Source: Octopus sinensis
Lineage: Eukaryota
DNA: 64,000 bases
Direction: 5' to 3'
NCBI RefSeq assembly: GCF_006345805.1
Contig: NC_043024.1
Coordinates: 5,952,001 to 6,016,000, forward strand
In this document: in pieces, positions 37,586 through 50,340 of the stretch
Layout: each line of letters opens with the position of its first letter
How positions within the stretch are numbered: the stretch's first letter is position 1
Notes under the pieces: model-generated
Databases searched by the model: none
Told to the model about the DNA's origin: nothing
The model's input: the letters and a program-made list of their open reading frames with translations, nothing else
Made by a program: the position numbers and the translations under genes

Positions 37586-38363
37586 ATATATAGAAGCACA
37601 CGCTTATATACATAGGCACATAGTCGTGTACAAGCAGACTTACACACAAACACACAAGTACATGCAGATAGACGAACACAAGCATACAGACACACACATA
37701 CACAAAACACAAGCATTTACGCACAAACATTAGCAATTGTATACAAGTATACAATTGTATACACACACAAAGAGTCGTTAGACACGTATTTTACGCATAA
37801 AAATACACACGTTCTCTCTCTCTCTTCAAGTTTCAGTACAATGGACCCACGAAGTTGTTAAAACGGACAGTGTGAAATGAACCTTGACGCCAAACAACAC
37901 AGACAGACAGCAGCGAGTCACTGACGTCACAACATCCGGTCTATTATTGTTTACTTTATTTATCTTAATACTTTTATTTATTTGTTTTCCTATCATGTAT
38001 TTTACGCAACAATGGCGTTGGTAGTTATACGTTTCCAGCAGACTCAACACCCAGTTCACTGCACTTCCGGTGACAAAAGAGTCTCTATATCACAAAGTAT
38101 ATTTTGTTCCACACACCACTGGTTCATCAGTTTCCTCACCGTGGGCTGTGTGGTAAGAAGCTTGCTTCTCAACCACATGGTTCCGGGTTCAGTCCTACTG
38201 CGCAGCACCTTGGGCAAGTGTCTTCTACTATAGCGGATTTGGTAGACGGAAACTGAACGAAGAAGTTTATGGACTGACAATAATCAATGAATGGATAGAC
38301 TGGTTGCATGCGTGCAGCAGAACATCGAAGGAACCGAGGAGTTTGGCAAAGTCCTTCTCTTAC

Positions 38364-38387
38364 CCCCGAACATCGGAGGGTATCCGG
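38364..38387 (-). CDS. Candidate 24-nt phase 1-1 micro-exon xGYPPMFG; a longer 151-nt form from 38514 includes an ATG at 38469
   Basis: Donor GGG|gtaaga; acceptor ttgtttcccttcctcggccccattatcatcatcag; alternative acceptor gaactttgacacttcag. Confidence 0.42.
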
Positions 38388-38728
38388 CTGATGATGATAA
38401 TGGGGCCGAGGAAGGGAAACAACTAGAAACGTTTGCAGCTTGTTGGACTTCGTTAGCGGCACGAGCCATGTTTAAAAAATCTTTTATTAACAAGAGATAT
38501 ATCCATTTTAGACTCTGAAGTGTCAAAGTTCACCATTCTTAAGAAATTCTTTTTTTTAAATATCATAATTATTGTAAATAATAAATGAAGTCTAATAACC
38601 AGGCATATTTGAGACACTCCTATTTATAAAACCGGATTTTAAAAAATTCTTGTAGACAAAAAGCTGGGGTGAAGGAGGAGAAAATTTAACACACATACAC
38701 ATATAGGTGCAGTATGTACGTGTGTGTA

Positions 38729-38767
<39 letters not shown>

Positions 38768-38886
38768 CGTACCGAGAGGTAAAAGTTCAAGTTACATCTA
38801 TACATACAGCATAGTGAACCGAAGGAAGGGTAAAGTTTTGAAACAAACACTTATATATCACAATATCACACACACGTGTGTAAAGA

Positions 38887-38927
<41 letters not shown>

Positions 38928-39013
38928 GATGTAACACTCGTATACAAATCAAGTATTGAGAATTAGATATAAGAAAAATGTCAAAGCTGGAGCGTAGGTA
39001 TATGAACTTAATA

Positions 39014-39272
39014 TTGGTTTGGTGCATAATTATTGCGGCTTTTTTCCAATAAATTTTATTCAACAAAAACAATAACAATATTTAACAAAAACCTCTTTAA
39101 ATGGCGGTCTGACCGTCTGCCAAGCAAATAGGAAGCAGTAATTGAAGTAGATGGTGAATATGCTCCGGAATAATCATTTAAAGATGTTTTTGTTACATGT
39201 CGTTATTGTTTTTGCTGAATAAAGTTTGTTGAAAAGAAAAAAAAAAGCCGCAATAATTATGCACCAACTCAA
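39014..39272 (+). mobile_element. Internally deleted mariner element
   Basis: TIRs TTGGTTTGGTGCATAATTATTGCGGC / GCCGCAATAATTATGCACCAACTCAA; 5' TA; 39111-39173 reads DRLPSK*EAVIEVDGEYAPE*, the mariner transposase C-terminus. Confidence 0.9.
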
Positions 39273-39579
39273 TGCATATGCAATACAGATATAATTTCTA
39301 AGGGTTTGTGGTGGTGATTGAAGGTATGCTGTTGATAGCTTTGGTTATTACAATAGTGGTGTTGGTGGTAGCATTGATGGTGGTGGTTGTAGTAGTGATA
39401 GTAGCAATTGTGGTGTTGGTTGTTGAGGGTGGTATGATGACACTATTGGTTGTTGTGGTGTTGGTGGTAGTACTTAGCGATGGCTGTCGAGGTAACAGTA
39501 GCTGCTGCAGTAATACCAATGTTAGAAATACCAGAGGATGTTATTTGACCACAGGTCAACTCCGATCAAGCTGAGAGTC

Positions 39580-39945
39580 AGGCGTGGCTGTGGTAAGAAG
39601 CTTGTTTCCCAACTACATGGTTCCAGGTTCAGTCTCATTGCGTGGCACCTTGGGTAAGTGTCTTCTACTATAGCCCCGACCTGACCAAAGCCCTGAGTGG
39701 AGTTAGCAGACGGAAACTGAAAGAAGCCCGTCGTGTGTGTGTGTCTTTGTCCCCCGCCACCGCTTGACGACCGATGTTTGGGTTTTTACGTCCCCGTAAC
39801 TTAGGGTTCGGCAAAAGGATCCGATAAAATAAGTACCAGGCTTTAAGCAATATATACTGGGGGACAATTCATTCGACTAAAAATTCTCCGAGGTGCTCCA
39901 GCATCGCCGCACTCCAATGGCAGAAACAGGTAAAAAGATAAAAAA
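39580..39945 (+). mobile_element. SINE family A
   Basis: Consensus match. Confidence 0.85.
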
Positions 39946-40429
39946 AATATTCCGCATATTTTCGTGTGTCCAGGACCACAAAGACCACATCATTCATTGG
40001 TGGTGAAGACAGGGAGTGATTTGAAGATTTAGCTTCTATTTCTAGCAGGCTGCACGACGCTGGCAAGGTCAAGTTTTTCTTTTAATCCGAGAAGCGAAAT
40101 GCCTGAGCCATGGCTTACGATCAGACGAGCTGCATCATTAAAAACAGCCAAGGTCGTCTTTTTGTCTCTATTAGGCGTGCCATTTAGACAGTCTCGCGGG
40201 CCGCAAGTTGCTCGTGATTGACAGAGTCTCTCTCATTGGTGCGGCGGCGGCGATGCAGTTGATTGTGGTGATGGCAGAAGTGGAGTGGTTTGTTTGAAAG
40301 AAGAGATGTGTAGAGAAGCAGACAGGAAAACAAGCTGCTGGGTTTGGAAAAGAGGAAATTGTGTAGAGGAGAGGTGGAGCCACTTGTCGCTTTTACTAAG
40401 TGTGAACACAACACCGACCCTCTATCTAA

Positions 40430-40672
40430 AACACACACACACCACACATATATATATATATATACACACACACACATATATATATATATACACACACACA
40501 CATATATATATAGATAACACACACAATATATATATATATATACACCACACACATATATTATATATATTATATACACACACACACACATATATATATATAG
40601 ATACATCACACACACAATATATATTATATATATACACCACACACACATATTATATATATATACACACAACAC

Positions 40673-40703
<31 letters not shown>

Positions 40704-40736
40704 TATATATATAGATATATATATACACACACACAC

Positions 40737-40776
<40 letters not shown>

Positions 40777-41213
40777 GATATATATAATAATAATACACAC
40801 ACACACACATCATATTATATATATATACACACACACACACATATATTATATACACACACACACAAGATATATATATATATACACCACACAATCACATATA
40901 TATATACACACCACACACACACATACATATATATATATACACACCACACACATATATATATATATACACCACACACATAATAGATATATATACACACAAC
41001 ATCACATATACCTGATATATACACACACACAATATATATATATACACCACACACATTAATATATATATACACACACACATAATATATATATATATAACAC
41101 ACACATATATATATATATATATACACACACACATATATATATATATATATATGCCACACAACATATATATATATACACACACACACACTTCATATATTTT
41201 TGTATATATATAT

Positions 41214-41248
<35 letters not shown>

Positions 41249-41335
41249 CACACACACACATATATATATATACACACACACACATATATATATATATCAC
41301 ATACACACACATATATATATATATCACATACACAC
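40430..41335. repeat. ~900-bp compound (CA)/(TA) microsatellite array
   Basis: Directly visible. Confidence 0.95.
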
Positions 41336-42115
41336 TAACAATCTCTCACATACACACACCAAATTCTCTCCCTCCCTAAGTACCTTCCCATACACACACT
41401 TAAATACTGGTCACACACGGACCCCCCCCCTGTTTCGTTCACACGCATACTCTAAACACCACTGACTCTCGTACACACACAGTAATCCCCCTCTTTCTCT
41501 CTTTTACACAAATTCATTAATCCTCTTTCACATATTAATCCTACTTTTCCTCTTCCCCCCGCTTACCCTGTCTCTCCCACAATATATATATACATATATA
41601 TATATAAGCTGACCCTGTCTCTCTCTCTCACACACTAGCGGGAACTAAGTGTAGCTGAGTCAGGACTTAAGTGCCACCATCTGGGTTCGGTCGTTTTTCA
41701 AGCAAGGGTTTGAATAATATACATGCATCATATAGGAAAGATGTAGGGGGGGTGCGAAGAAAAAGAAATAGTGTGACAGAGACACAGTGGTGGAGACAGA
41801 AAGAGGAAGGTGTGAGAAATAGAGAGAGGAGGAAGAGAGATAGAATGAACAACCAGATGAAGTGTGATGGAAGGAGGGGAACCCTTAGAAAAGTAGATTG
41901 TGATGATGATGATGATGATGATGGTGGTGACGCGTAAACGAAACTCGAAAACAGCTGACTTTATATATTCATATCTTGCTATGTACATACATACATACAT
42001 ACGTACGTTCACGCATGCTTTCATATGTACATATGTGCACACAAACATACATAAAACATATACATTCATACACCCATACACGCACACAAACAGAGTATAT
42101 ACAAACACAGATTAT

Positions 42116-42166
<51 letters not shown>

Positions 42167-42269
42167 GAGACACAAGTACATATTTGTAACAAGATAACTT
42201 TTACCAACGTGTGTTGAATTAAAAGGATTGCGTTTGTCTCAAGACTTTCCTTAGGAAACCTAATGAGTT

Positions 42270-42301
<32 letters not shown>

Positions 42302-42714
42302 TGACAAAACGGTGGTGGTGGTGTGAAGACGTAGGGTAAGGGGTGGAGGGAGCGGGTGTAAGTATCAAGAAGGTCTTTTTTTTTTCTCTTTTACTTTATT
42401 TTCTGGCGCTGACTGGCGGGGTTAAGCCTTCGCCATTAGAAACTTCACAAGTTCCGTTTCATGTTATGTCGAAACTATTTCAAAACAGCGCATAAAAAGC
42501 AAATGAATAATTAAATAAATAACGGGTGGTTGTTGCTTCTGTCTGTCTCTCCACCCCAAGATCAGTAGTTTATTAGCTACATTCCAGAAGTGACCATCTT
42601 GCCTTAGTTTTTTTTCTACCAAATGGTAGTGATATCGTATAAAAACTGTTATTGTATATGTACCATATATATATATCATATATATATATATATATATGAG
42701 AGAGAGGGGGGGGG

Positions 42715-42815
42715 GCGCATGGCCCAGTAGTTAGGGTAGCGGACTCGCGGCTGTAGGATCGCGGTTTCGATTCCCAGACCAGGCGTTGTGAGTATTTATT
42801 GAGCGAAAACACCTA
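42715..42815 (+). mobile_element. SINE family C head
   Basis: GGCGCATGGCCCAGTAG..GGTTTCGATTCCCAGACC. Confidence 0.8.
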
Positions 42816-44209
42816 CGAATTTGAATCAAACTGTTTTATTCCATACACACACACACATACTGTAAACAAGCCATATCACGTAAACAAACCAACACCAGTT
42901 ATCACGTGATGGGAAGACACAAAGACATGCGCACACTGCTTTGTGTGCTTACATTAAATCAACTCCTGCTCGCAAGTCTTAACTTACAAGCATAAATAGG
43001 AAGAGATGATCCCTTCTATAATGAAACGGTATCTGCTGCTGAAGAGGCGAAGTCATGCCGAAACATCGTATCTGTTGGCCCGCTGACATCATTTTGGGGT
43101 TCAGCTACATGTGGCTTTACATACGAAGTCCATAGAGGAATGATAATCTCTGAAGCAAAATCCCGCAGTGAATAAGTGGTATTAAAAATAAATTAATAAA
43201 TGTACACACTAACATACACACACAATTTTAACTTTTACATGTTTGCACGGGTCGGACGGATCCCGTTGAAGTAAATATTCTACAGACGGATGCTCTTCCT
43301 GTCGCCAACAGTCACCTGTTTCCAAGTAAGGTAATATCTTCTAACTAGACGCGTTCTTCACAGAAGATTGGCAATGACAGGTGTCGCTTGCATGACGGTG
43401 AAACTCGTTTAGAACCACGCCATAATTTCAAAACAAGGACATACATACACGATATGCTTCTTCCAGTTTCCGTCTAACAAAATTCCACAAGTCATTATGG
43501 CGAGCCGGGGTTTTTGTATTAGGCATACGTCCAATGTATCGAAGTACCGCTCACTGGAATTGAACCTGAAAGCAGGTGGATGCAAAGCTAGCTTCTTAAC
43601 CATACAGCTCTATGTCTGTTCCTATAAATAACGCTAGACAGTTATTACCTATTGTAATGTGTCCTTCGCTGTGATTTTCTTTTCATTTAAGACGGTGGAA
43701 ATGTGATCTGAGCAAATGTTTTTTTCTTTAGACACAGCCATATCAACACGCAATATACTATCAACTCAGACAGACACATACACACACCAAACTCACACAA
43801 ACACACACAAGCTAATAACACGTATACGTACAGAAACCTCGGCGCGCCCGTGCGCACACACACACACATACTAACACATACACACTGAAACACACACACA
43901 CACACACACACACAAAAGTATAACTTGTAACTCGTACATACACACAAACAATTAATTAACTAGAACAAAGTTAATTTCGCAACTAAAAGTAACAATTAAC
44001 TAACTCAGATAAAATTTCACTTTCTGTTACTGCGCGTCGTTGAGAAGGGAAAGGCAGGTGTTGGGGGGAGGGGAGGGTCACGGCTACCAATTGGTCGCTT
44101 TTTAAGTTAATTCCTTTGCCCCAGGGTCACTGCAGATCTCTCACTTTCTCTCTCTCTCTCTCTCTTCACGCACACACACACTTGATAGTTTTATTTTCGC
44201 ACAAATTGG

Positions 44210-44740
44210 CACCAGTAATTCTGATACTTATTCTATCGGAATTTTTTGCCGAACTGCTACGTTACGTTCCCGTAAACCAGTCAGCACTGGTTGTCAAGCG
44301 GTAGTGGGGAAAACTCAAAAACACACACATTTTTTATAGGGTCAGGGTTAGCACCTTGGGCAATTGTCTTCTACTATAGCCTCGGGCCGACCAAAGCCTT
44401 GTGAGTGGATTTGGTAGATGGAAACCGAAAAGAAATTCGTCGTATGTGTGTGTGTGAGACCACCGTTCCTGTAACTTAGCGGTTCGGCAAAAGACGTCGA
44501 TAGAGTCAGTATCAGGCTTTAACCGACTAAAAATTATTCAAGGCAGTGCCCCAACATGGCTGCTGTCAAATGACTGAAGTAAAAGATAAAACACACACAC
44601 ACACGATAGGTTTCCACACAGTTTCGGCTTTGGTCAACTCGGGGCTATAATAGAAAACACCCGCGCAAGATGCCGCGGAGTGGGACTGAACCCAGCACCA
44701 CATGGTTGCAGAGTGAGCTGCTTAACCACACAACCATGCT
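44210..44740. mobile_element. SINE A fragments in alternating orientation (-, +, -)
   Basis: 44210-44320(-), 44352-44590(+), 44605-44740(-). Confidence 0.75.
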
Positions 44741-45854
44741 TGCATAAAGAACCTACCTTATCGAATTTGTGATTTTAAAAGAACTGCGTTTCATTCTAGG
44801 TACCTCACTTCAGTAAGTGAAGAGCCTACGAAGGACTGAAGTGTTTATTAGGGTGTCGGGGGTACACGGGGGAGGAAAAGACATCTGTGTTTCATCCGCT
44901 TAACTTTATAGACATCCAAGAATAGTGTTTGTAGTAAGGGCGCTAGGGGGAGGAGTTAAGATGTGAGGTCTTTTTGACCTCTGCAGACAGTGACAAGATT
45001 AGTAGATAAAGGATATTAGCTTACTACTCGCCTACTAATACCTGTACAGCTGATTAAGAGAGAGAAGAGGGAGAGAGAAAGATAAGAGATTGGTAGCAGA
45101 GAGAATTTAAAGAGTGAAAAAACAGGTGGGGGAGACAGAGAGAGCAGGAGAGTGATAGAAGTAGAAAGAGGGAGAGATATAAGTAGAGAGAATTAGACGA
45201 ATGAAGGCAACGAAATTAAACAGTGAAAATAATCTAAGTAGAGAGAATTTTAAACACTTTCACTCTTCTACCGACTCCATTGTGTCGTAGCAGTCATGTT
45301 GAGGCACTGCATAAACGTTTGCGTTCACAAACGTAGAAAAAAGTACTCAATACTTAGAATGTGCATATTTTGATAGAAGCTGAAAGTTCTTGAATCATAT
45401 CTCTTAGTTTACAGGTGTCAAATATTGAAACGATTGAAGCAGGGCATCATGTTTTGATGTGTTTATGAATATATTTGCTTAGATACTGTCACGCTACTCG
45501 CCGACTTCAAGCGTTTGAATAATTGGTAATGTGAAATACTAATTGTATGCTGAGGTTGATGTAATCAACTTGCCCTCCTCCTGAAATTGCTGGCCTTGTG
45601 CCAACATTTGGAATCCATTATACTGGAACATAAAAAGGCGACGGGCTGGCAGAATGGTTAGCACCCCTGGCAAGATGCTTGCCGATACTTCGTCCATCTT
45701 TGCGTTCTTAGTCCATATTCCTCCGGGGTCGGCCCGAGGCTATAGTAGAAGACACTTGCCCATGGTTCCATGCAGTGGGACTGAACCCAGAACCATGTGG
45801 TTGGTAAGCCAGCTACTTACCACACATCCACTTCTGTGCATACATACATAAAAA

Positions 45855-46180
45855 AACTGGTACTCCGTCGCTTATGACAACGAGTGTTCCATTTGGTACA
45901 ATCAATGGAACAGGCTGCTCATGTGATTAACTTGCAAGTGGCTGAGTACTCCACAGACACGCGTACCCTTCAGTATTTCTCATGGATATTCAGCGTAACA
46001 CAGAATGTGACAAGGCTGACCCTTTGAAATACAGGTACTACTCATTTTTGCCAGCTGACTGGGCTGGAACAACTTGGAATAAGGTTCCTTGCGCAAGGAC
46101 ACAACGCACCGTCGGGAATCGAACTCACGAACTTACGATTGTGAGCCGAACACCCTAACCACTAAGCCACGCGCCTTCAC
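45855..46180 (-). mobile_element. tRNA SINE, H-type head with a distinct 3' body
   Basis: Reverse of TGAAGGCGCGTGGCTTAGTGG..GAGTTCGATTCCC..GTGTCCTTG..CAGCCTTGTCAC..TAAGCGACGGAGTACC. Confidence 0.8.
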
Positions 46181-46376
46181 AATTAAAGTACATACATAAG
46201 TACATACACAGATACATGTGTGTGTGTGGAGAAAGAGAGAGTGCGTGTGTGTGTGTGTGGAGGAGGAAGAAGAGAGAAAAATGTTAAAGGATGTGTCAAA
46301 GTCGAAGGGGTGGTGTGGGGTTTGGGGGCGAGGAATTTACGTCGTCTATTTTTAGTAACCACTCTTCCGGCCTCAC

Positions 46377-46424
46377 CACCACCACCACCACCACCACCAC
46401 TACCCCGCCTTGACATTTGGTCAT
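46377..46424 (-). CDS. Candidate 48-nt phase 1-1 exon xDQMSRRGSGGGGGGG
   Basis: Acceptor aattcttttctgaag and donor GTG|gtgagg; half of it is a (GGT)n repeat, so it may be chance. Confidence 0.2.
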
Positions 46425-46727
46425 CTTCAGAAAAGAATTAATTGAAACACACACACACGCGTTTCTATTATCGGACGTAAGATCGGCCAGCGAAAGAGAG
46501 AGAGAGAGAGGGAGAGAGAGAGAGAAAGGGAGGGAGAGAGAGAGAGAGAGAGAGAGAAAGGGAGATTGAGAGAGAGAGAGAGAGTGGTGGGGGTGAAGGG
46601 AAGGAGGTAGGGAGGTAGAATGGGTGTGGTGACCACTTCAACTTTTCGGGATTTGTGCGGTGAGGGTCGGAGTAAAGCTGATAAAGCAGGGGGTAGTGGT
46701 GGCGGCGGTGTTCTTTTTTTTTTTCTT

Positions 46728-47090
46728 TTACCTTTTACTCGTTTCGATCATTTGGACGGCGGCCAAGCTGGGGCACCGCTATGAAGTGTTTAACAGACAC
46801 CAGAACTTATTTCAAAGTCTGGTACTTTATTCTTCTGGAAACTTTTTAGCCTAATAACCAAGTTTCGGGGTCGTAAACAAACTAACACCGGTTGTCAAGC
46901 GTTGGGACAGGGGACAAACAGACACTAAAATACACATACACAACGGGGCTTTCTTTCACACGATTTCCGTCACTAAGTATTGGCTGGCCCAGGGTTATAA
47001 TAGAAGACATTTGCCCAAGGTGTCATGCAGCGGGATTGAACTTAGCATCACGAGGTTCCAAAGCGAGCTACTCAAACCACACAGCCATGC
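46728..47090 (-). mobile_element. SINE family A, diverged
   Basis: Reverse consensus match. Confidence 0.75.
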
Positions 47091-47464
47091 CTTGTATGAT
47101 GTGTGTATATTTTACGTCTATGATAGTGTATGTCTGTGCATTCATTAGGATGTAATAGCGCATGAATGCATGGAAATGTGTGTGTGTGTGTGTATACAAA
47201 TGTGTGTGTGTGTGTGTGTGTGTGTATGTATAGGAGTGTATGTGTGCGAGGAAAATGTGATCGCACGTTTGTATAGACGTGTATAGTTGTTGGGTGTTAA
47301 GAAGTTTGATTCCCAACCACATGGTTCCGGGTTCAGTTACACTTCACGGCACCTTGGACAAGTGTCTTCCACTATTGCCCCGGGCAGACGAAAAATTTGA
47401 GAGGATTTGGTAAGCAGAAACCGAAAGAAGCCAGTCGTGTGTGTGTGTGAGTGTGTGTAAAAGG

Positions 47465-47782
47465 AGTAAAGACCCTCCTCAGTCATGAATGACCATGGGA
47501 TTGCACCTAGAAAGTTCCTCTCTGAGGCACAAGTCCGGGTAATGTTGTCTTATGGAATACCAACAGTCGCCCATGCATACCAGCCGCCTTTCTTCACGTC
47601 ACTGATGTTATCCAAGGGAAAGGCAAAGGGGCCGATACAGCTTGGCACCAGCAACGTCACAACTCATTTGTGCAGCTGAGTGAACTAGAGCAAGGTGAAA
47701 TAAAGTGTCTTGCTCAAGAACACAACACACAGTCTGGTCCGGGTCTCGAACGCACTACCTCATGATTGTGAGCCCGACGCTA
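47465..47782 (-). mobile_element. SINE family H, near full length
   Basis: H head at 47670-47782 plus body AATGACCATGGGATTGCACCTAGAAAG... Confidence 0.8.
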
Positions 47783-47817
<35 letters not shown>

Positions 47818-48052
47818 GTGTGTGTGTGCGTGCGCGCCAGCCAAACAGAAAAGATACATGTATGTGTCTCACCACCGCTTGACAATCAGTACTAGTGTGA
47901 TTACGTCAGCGTAACATTAGCGGTTCGGCAAAAATGACCTTTGGGACTAAACCTGGAACCATGTGGCAGGGAAGCAAACTTCTTACCACACAACCACACC
48001 CGCGCCTATGTTCGTCATTTTTATTGTTTATATATTTACTATATATCTATAC

Positions 48053-48253
48053 CAGTGGTTTTCAACCAGGGTTCCGCCAGTACAGTTCAGGGGTTCCGCA
48101 AGAAGTTACAAAAATGCTAAAATCGGCGGTAATTTTTAATTCTCCTGTGCAGATATGTGTGCATAAGACAATAAAATTATTGCACAGGGGTTCCTCGAGC
48201 CAGTGGAATGTTTCCTTGGGGTTCCGCTCCAGCAAAAAGGTTGAAAAGCACTG
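48053..48253. mobile_element. hAT MITE (third copy)
   Basis: TIRs CAGTGGTTTTCAA / TTGAAAAGCACTG; perfect 8-bp TSD ATCTATAC. Confidence 0.95.
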
Positions 48254-48264
48254 ATCTATACACT

Positions 48265-48640
48265 CCTTTACTCGTTTCAGTCATTTGACTACGGCCATGC
48301 TGGAGCACCGCCTTTAGTCGAACAAATCGACCCCAGGATTTATTCTTTGTAAACCTAGTACTTATTCTATCGGTCTCTTTTGCCAAACCGCTAAGTTTCG
48401 GGGACGTAAACACACGAACATCGGTTGTCAACGATGGTGGGTTGGGGAGTGACAAACACAGACACACAAACATGTATACATATGTATACACAGGCACACT
48501 CACATAAATACACAAACACACACATACGATGGGCTTCTTTCAGTTTCCGTCAACCAAATCCACTTACAAGGCTATAGTAGATGTCACTTGGCCAAAATGC
48601 CACACAGTAGGTCTGAACCCAGAACCATGTGGTTGGGAAG
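48265..48640 (-). mobile_element. SINE family A
   Basis: Reverse consensus match. Confidence 0.87.
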
Positions 48641-48645
48641 CAATG

Positions 48646-48679
<34 letters not shown>

Positions 48680-48684
<5 letters not shown>

Positions 48685-48970
48685 ACCGTGACCGACCAGG
48701 CTATCAGATGTTGCCACACATCGCTGGTCACAATGCGCTTTGCATTGTTTTAGCCTTCAAATGACGCCACCCTGCTGGCTAAGCGAGCAGGCTAACAGAA
48801 GAAAGAGTGAGAGAAAGTTGTGGCGAAAGAGTACAGCAGGGATCGCCACCAGCCCCTGCCGGAGCCTCGTGGAGCTTTAGGTGTTTTCGCTCAATAAACA
48901 CTCACAACGCCCGGTTTGGGAATCGAAACCGCGAGTCCGCTGCCCTAATCACTAGACCAATGCGCTCCCC
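48680..48970 (-). mobile_element. SINE family C, near full length
   Basis: Head matches 26038 and 42715; body extends to GGTCGGTCACGGTGGGAT. Confidence 0.85.
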
Positions 48971-48973
48971 CTG

Positions 48974-49004
<31 letters not shown>

Positions 49005-49034
49005 ATTCATTGAAGGCCGGTGACTCATCCCTAC

Positions 49035-49117
49035 TATAAATAACTGCTGCTCCTCCGAGTTTCTTGGAATTACAAAATCCTGAATCATCGGAGAAGCAGC
49101 AGCAGAATCGGTCGGTG
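49035..49117 (-). CDS. Candidate exon xPTDSAAASPMIQDFVIPRNSEEQQLFI (phase 1-0); alternative acceptor at 49079
   Basis: Long pyrimidine tract ending ttttctgggaag; donor ATA|gtaggg; unique sequence. Confidence 0.33.
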
Positions 49118-49211
49118 CTTCCCAGAAAATATAAATAAGAGAAATAAAAAAAACCCACCGAAAACAAACCAAAACGAAACTAAACGACCCTTCCCGCCAC
49201 CTCCTCCCTAC

Positions 49212-49315
49212 CTGTCTCTCTATTATATGATAAACGAAACGGATGTGAGGGATATCCGGATGTTTGGTTGAGAGGAGAGCAGATATTTTAATAACAACGT
49301 GGTTGGTTAGAGAGA
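49212..49315 (-). CDS. Candidate 104-nt exon xSLTNHVVIKISALLSTKHPDIPHIRFVYHIIERQ (could be UTR)
   Basis: Very strong acceptor tattttttccccttttgtttcaag and donor CAG|gtaggg; one open frame. Confidence 0.35.
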
Positions 49316-49644
49316 CTTGAAACAAAAGGGGGAAAAAATACCAGAGATACGTAAATAAGCGAATAAAAAATGAAAAAAACCTATCGTTATCGGCTGCACC
49401 AGGTTCAATGCTTTACCAATCAACAACACCACCACCACCAACAACACCGTTTGTTGAATCATCACACACAGACACACATACATTCCATCCTCGCCAGCTT
49501 TCGCTATTTACGTTTGTATTTCTTGCACGCTTCCATTCACACACCTCACGAACACACATCCACATTACGTTTAGCTGATGTCAAACAACAACGTTTTACA
49601 TTTCCTAATTCTACCTGGGCTGACAATTTATCCTTCTACTTATT

Positions 49645-49941
49645 TCTTTTACTCCCTGACACGTGTCAGTCATTGGACAGCGGCCATGCTGGAGCACCGA
49701 CTTCAAAGGTTTTAGTCGAAGAAATCGACCTCGGGACTTACTCTTTGTAAACCTAGTGCTTATTTTACCGGCCTCTTATGCCGAACCGCTAGGTTACGGG
49801 GACATAGACACACCAACATTAGTTGTTAAGCGATGGGAGGGGGGACAAACACACACACACACACATGTATGTATGTATGTATGTGTGTGTGTGTATGTAT
49901 ATGTGTGTGTGTGTATGTATATGTGTGTGTGTGTGTGTGTG

Positions 49942-49972
<31 letters not shown>

Positions 49973-50126
49973 GCTTTTCTTGTTTTCCATTTTTTCTTTC
50001 ATTGCTGGCAAAAAAAAAGTCCTTATTCCATGTCCTGGTACTTCGTATTTTTTGTTGTTTGTTTTGTGATGTCCTTTGCCCACATATACATATGTATATA
50101 CGTATACATGTATGTATGTATATATA

Positions 50127-50177
<51 letters not shown>

Positions 50178-50340
50178 GCGACGAGCTTCTTTCAGTTTCC
50201 TTCTACCAAATCCACTCACAAGGCTTTGGTCGGCTCGTGGCTATAGAAGACAGTTGTCCAAGGTACCACGCAGTGAGATTGAACCCGGAAGCATGTGGTT
50301 GGGAAGCAAGCTCCTTGTCACAGAGTCACGCCTGTGCCTC
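49645..50340 (-). mobile_element. SINE family A with >300-bp expanded interior including non-repeat sequence
   Basis: 3' half 49645-49850, head 50180-50340; unique text at ~49970-50090. Confidence 0.85.

Noticed and set aside
46405-46431. CTGAAGA-TGAC-CAAAT-GTCA on -
   Set aside because: GAAA core is absent.
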